Positions 60,224 to 64,000 of a stretch of DNA of 64,000 bases are shown piece after piece (positions within the stretch are counted from its first letter, which is position 1; each line of letters opens with the position of its first letter). The notes beneath the pieces were generated by a model. It did not search any database, had not been told where the DNA came from, and worked only from the letters and a program-made list of their open reading frames with translations. A program made the position numbers and the translations under genes. The DNA comes from an uncultured Candidatus Pelagibacter sp. (GTDB lineage Bacteria > Pseudomonadota > Alphaproteobacteria > Pelagibacterales > Pelagibacteraceae), in assembly GCA_964529275.1 (NCBI GenBank), contig CAZGVS010000002.1, positions 4,064 through 68,063 on the forward strand. The letters run 5' to 3'.

Positions 60224-61211
60224 TAATATTCAATATTTTCAAGAAATCATTCACAACTTCTTTATAAGTTCTTGTTTTTCTTTTCTCATAGAGATTTGAC
60301 TTTAATGTTAAATAAAGTTTATCGTCTTTTAAAATACTCACAGATTTTGATATTAATTGATCTAAGTCACTACAAATATATCCAGTTACATTATCAATAA
60401 CTCTCTCATTTAAAGATCCAATACCCATTGTGACTATTGGCAAACACATAGTTCTAGCCTCCTCAGCCACTAGACAAAAAACCTCACCTTTGTGACCAGG
60501 ATTAAGCATTAGTTTTGAATTTTTTAGATCTTCTATTAAGTCAAATTTCGAACCTTTATGTCTGATTCTTATATCAAGATTGATTTCCTCCTTAGTAAGC
60601 TCATATGGTGGATTGATATAAAGAATTGCATTATTAACTTTTTTTTTGATTGTTTTCCATGCTTCTAAAACTACCTTTAAGTTTCTATCTGGCCTAGTAT
60701 TGAAAATTACATTATTTTTTGGAATATTGTGAACATCAATTGTTGTATTTATAAAGTCATCATCTGCGCTAATTTTTAAAATATCTTTACCAAAACATGA
60801 TGTCATCCAACTTCGATTTTTATAATGATAATCACCTTCAAGTATAATTTTTGGCTTATGTTTTAAAAAAGGAATTAATTGACCTTTTCGAATAAATTTT
60901 TCTATTGTTTGTACACTATGTGACCATAAATATTTTTTACATTTATAATTTGGAAATAAGTTAATATCCGACATAGAGATTAAAAAATCTGGTTTCTTAA
61001 AGTTCAAAATATTTTTAATATTACACCATTCAACATCATTAATATTAATTTGGTCTTTAGCATTATTAAAAACCTTTACTTTTATATTTTTATTTTTGGC
61101 AATCTCGTTTGATATATTAATTAATGTTTTTTCACTTCCAGCAATTTTTTCACTATTTAAATCGTTGCCATTGAAATTTTTACTATATTCTAAAAAAAAA
61201 ATTGTAATCAT
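60210..61211 (-). CDS. GT-B (family 4-like) glycosyltransferase
   Basis: GSEKTL N-motif, EVFCLVAEEA (E-X7-E), GSLNERVIDNVTGY. Confidence 0.8.
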   Translation of the reverse strand: MITIFFLEYSKNFNGNDLNSEKIAGSEKTLINISNEIAKNKNIKVKVFNNAKDQININDVEWCNIKNILNFKKPDFLISMSDINLFPNYKCKKYLWSHSVQTIEKFIRKGQLIPFLKHKPKIILEGDYHYKNRSWMTSCFGKDILKISADDDFINTTIDVHNIPKNNVIFNTRPDRNLKVVLEAWKTIKKKVNNAILYINPPYELTKEEINLDIRIRHKGSKFDLIEDLKNSKLMLNPGHKGEVFCLVAEEARTMCLPIVTMGIGSLNERVIDNVTGYICSDLDQLISKSVSILKDDKLYLTLKSNLYEKRKTRTYKEVVNDFLKILNINEKN

Positions 61212-62227
61212 TTAACAAGTCTTTTATAAATTTTATTAATACTTTTTTGATAATCTTTTTTTAAAACTGTAAATTTAAAATTTTTTGGTGGAAACCATTC
61301 TTTACACGATACTAATTGATCAAAATAATCATCTTTATTTTTAAATGTATAATGTGTTAATGCGAGCTGTTCCTTTTTTAAAAAAAAGGCCATATGTGAA
61401 GCCATACCCTCAGGTGCAATAACTTTTTCTGAATACTTAATTGCAGAATAAAGATCCTTACCGTCAATATCTTTTAAAAAAATAATTTTTTTATTATTAG
61501 TATTGTTGTTAAAAATAGTTATGTTATTATAATCATATGTAATATATTTTTTTTTAAATATAGTGTTTATCTTTTCGTTGTTTATTTCAGAAGAAAACAC
61601 TAAATTATTTGAAAATTTGCTAATATATTCTATAAACTTAATTGACAAATCAAAACTCCATCCTAAATCATTTCTAAATAATTTATCTTTATAATGAAAA
61701 TAAATATATTTATTAGGTAGCTCAAAAGAAGGATTATAATCAATATTATAATTCAAAGAAACTAGGTCATTATTAATATTTTCAATAAGGTCCTCCTGTA
61801 TTTTGTAAGTTGATCTTCTCTTACCAATTTTAGTTCTATCAATTGTCGCTTTTTTAAATAAAAATTTTTGTAAAAAAAGACTTGGTCTATTTTTATTTTT
61901 TTGTTTTATTGTTACACCGTAAAACTTAATGTTTCTAAAAAAAAATGGTAAAATAAAATAAAAGTTTCTAGGTTTTAATATGTATACGTTTTCTATTCTA
62001 TTTGTTAAAAAATATAAAAAAATTTTAATTTTTTCTAAGAGAGTAAGTTTCATTGAAATTATCAATTTTTCTATATTGGGAAACAAAAATGAAAATTTGA
62101 TATTTTGATGTGAAAAATATATAATAATTTTATCTGAGTAATGCTTGTTGATTATTCTTTTTAGAGCTTTAGTTGATGTAAATAAATCGCCAATTCTATC
62201 ATTTTTAAAAATTAAAACTTTTTTCAT
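61208..62227 (-). CDS. GT9-like (LPS heptosyltransferase family) protein
   Basis: N-terminal KVLIFKNDRIGDLF motif, EGMASHMA resembling the GT9 DSG..H.A motif. Confidence 0.65.
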   Translation of the reverse strand: MKKVLIFKNDRIGDLFTSTKALKRIINKHYSDKIIIYFSHQNIKFSFLFPNIEKLIISMKLTLLEKIKIFLYFLTNRIENVYILKPRNFYFILPFFFRNIKFYGVTIKQKNKNRPSLFLQKFLFKKATIDRTKIGKRRSTYKIQEDLIENINNDLVSLNYNIDYNPSFELPNKYIYFHYKDKLFRNDLGWSFDLSIKFIEYISKFSNNLVFSSEINNEKINTIFKKKYITYDYNNITIFNNNTNNKKIIFLKDIDGKDLYSAIKYSEKVIAPEGMASHMAFFLKKEQLALTHYTFKNKDDYFDQLVSCKEWFPPKNFKFTVLKKDYQKSINKIYKRLVK

Positions 62228-62233
62228 TATTAA

Positions 62234-64000
62234 TTAGAAGAAATTTACATTTTTTCCTAATGTTTTGTTTATTAGGTATTCAGATGTCTTCTTTTCATTA
62301 AATAGTTTAAAATATTTTTTTTGTCCATTCCTTGCAATATTTGATCTTTCTTTATCTTTTTTTTTGTAGAATTTAATCTTGCTAGATAAATCTTCAATAG
62401 ACTCATAAAAGATAATTTCTTTGTTATTAAAAATTTTATTAATTTGTGTTTTTTTATCTATAAAAGTTAGTAGACCGTTTCCAATTAATGATGCAATTCT
62501 ATTACTCGAATAAAACTTTGTAGGTTCTCCCCTACTTAAATTTAATCCCATTTTACAGTTAATTAATGCGTTATAAAATTTATCTGCCCAAATAGGTTGA
62601 ATTTTGTTATATCCATAAAAATCATAATTTATGTCATTAAGTTTGTTGGTTAATTTTTTTAAAAAATTAATTCGTTCATCAATTTTTCCTTCTTTAAGCA
62701 GACCCCTATTTACACCATGACTCATTGCATAAAATAAATCTTTTTTTGGATTAAGATTATAAACATCATAGCATTCAATATTTCTATCAACTGGTATGAA
62801 AAAAAAATTTAGATTTTTAATGGAAGTTGTTTTATTCACAATTTCTGGAGCAGTGGTGATAAAAGTTGCATCAACTAAATTTTCAAAACTCTTAATTTTA
62901 TTTATATTATTTTTACTATCTAGCAATCCCCTCATCATTGGGTCTTCGTTCCAATGTGATATCAATACATTTCTCTTTATATCTCTAAAATTTTCTAAAG
63001 TTTTATTTGTTATATTGTCTGAATGGCCAAAAAAGACCAAATCAGGATTGTAATTTCTAAAAGTTTCAACAAGGTAATCTTGAAACTTTTCTAGGTTTTT
63101 AAAACCAAAATTTCTATTTTGTTTTACAAAATCACGATCACTTATTTCAATAACATCGTGATTATTTCTGATGAAGCCATTGGTAAATTTTTTTCCTATA
63201 GATATATTGTAAATACGATGATTAATTTTCTGTCCAATATTATATATATTTAAGATTCTATATTTCTTTTTATTAAAATTTATTTTTATTATTTCAATTA
63301 ATTCTTCTCGTAATTTGTCAATCAGTTTCGAATTATCTTGAACCAAATGTTTGACATTTTTAAAAGCTAAATTTTGTATTTTTCTTCTTTCTTTAATATT
63401 TTTAATGAAATGCGAAATTTTATTAAAGAGGGTATTTACATTTAATTTCTTAAGAATAACACCATGGTCTGTGGTTTCAGGTAAGCCACCATTATTTGAA
63501 ATTATTGTAAGACATCCCCTCGAGGCAGATTCTAATGCAGTTCTTCCAAAAGGCTCTTCCCATTTCGAAGGTACTATTGCTATTTCACATTTGGATATAT
63601 GTTTTAAAACTTTTGAATGTTCCATATAACCCAAATTAAAATGTCTTTCATGGTCAACATTAATTTGCTCTCTTCTTTCATCACCAATTGAATACGCTTT
63701 CCACTCTTTATGCAAATTTAAAATTTTATTTACGGATTTCACATATAAATCGTAACCTTTTGATTTATTTAATTTACCAACAAAAATAATTTTTTTTTCT
63801 TTTTTTTTATTTTTGGTTGGTTTAATGATGCTAGGGTAAACAACATCAGTTTTATTAACATTGAAGTCATCTAAACCATCAAAAAATCTTTTTTGTACCC
63901 ATTTACTTACAAAAATAATTTTATCTACATTGTTATAAAGATCTATTCTCTCAGATATGGATTTAGATCCATTCATTTCTTGAGGGTCATTATGAAAATA
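62234..64000 (-). CDS. Two-module glycosyltransferase (GT4 domain plus CgeB-like domain), 5' end beyond window
   Basis: FVSKW, FVGKL..KG, PSKWEEPFGRTALES; second module GLNLS..YSSNR..IARNGQ; frame open to nt 64000 (YFHNDPQEM...). Confidence 0.8.
   Translation of the reverse strand, partial: YFHNDPQEMNGSKSISERIDLYNNVDKIIFVSKWVQKRFFDGLDDFNVNKTDVVYPSIIKPTKNKKKEKKIIFVGKLNKSKGYDLYVKSVNKILNLHKEWKAYSIGDERREQINVDHERHFNLGYMEHSKVLKHISKCEIAIVPSKWEEPFGRTALESASRGCLTIISNNGGLPETTDHGVILKKLNVNTLFNKISHFIKNIKERRKIQNLAFKNVKHLVQDNSKLIDKLREELIEIIKINFNKKKYRILNIYNIGQKINHRIYNISIGKKFTNGFIRNNHDVIEISDRDFVKQNRNFGFKNLEKFQDYLVETFRNYNPDLVFFGHSDNITNKTLENFRDIKRNVLISHWNEDPMMRGLLDSKNNINKIKSFENLVDATFITTAPEIVNKTTSIKNLNFFFIPVDRNIECYDVYNLNPKKDLFYAMSHGVNRGLLKEGKIDERINFLKKLTNKLNDINYDFYGYNKIQPIWADKFYNALINCKMGLNLSRGEPTKFYSSNRIASLIGNGLLTFIDKKTQINKIFNNKEIIFYESIEDLSSKIKFYKKKDKERSNIARNGQKKYFKLFNEKKTSEYLINKTLGKNVNFF

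Noticed and set aside
776-63629. Numerous 60-130 aa ORFs antisense to or nested in real genes (e.g. 776-1072, 12814-13197, 31232-31669)
   Set aside because: Shadow frames of conserved genes, with non-ATG starts and no recognisable motifs
1-64000. CRISPR arrays, rRNA, IS elements
   Set aside because: No regularly spaced direct repeats, rRNA-like stretch or transposase ORF seen

Overview
AT-rich, extremely compact alphaproteobacterial chromosome segment. Gene content, order and streamlining (0-40 bp spacers, many overlaps) point to the SAR11/Pelagibacterales clade (inference). About 57 kb is core housekeeping DNA: end of the rpsM-rpsK-rpoA-rplQ operon, gatCAB, pyrBC, topA, sarcosine oxidase soxBDAG, tRNA-Ser(GCT), dapA-smpB-folK-rsh-pyrE-pdxJ-acpS-lepB-rnc-recO, glyA-nrdR-rib-nusB-thiL, hppA, rpmF-plsX-ihfA, metY, rplM-rpsI-argC-hom. 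The unusual part is 57.1-59.4 kb. It holds a 480-bp non-coding gap with a KOPS-type octamer and an orphan promoter, a ~185-nt GC-rich multi-hairpin RNA directly upstream of a minimal O6-methylguanine methyltransferase, an unannotated 54-aa two-TM protein, and a Cre-like tyrosine recombinase whose start codon is immediately preceded by a 15-7-15 inverted repeat with dif/rox-like ATAA..TTAT inner ends. The best hypothesis is a single-recombinase chromosome dimer-resolution (terminus) locus. Glycosyltransferase genes follow on the minus strand. No CRISPR array, rRNA, transposase or prophage was seen.
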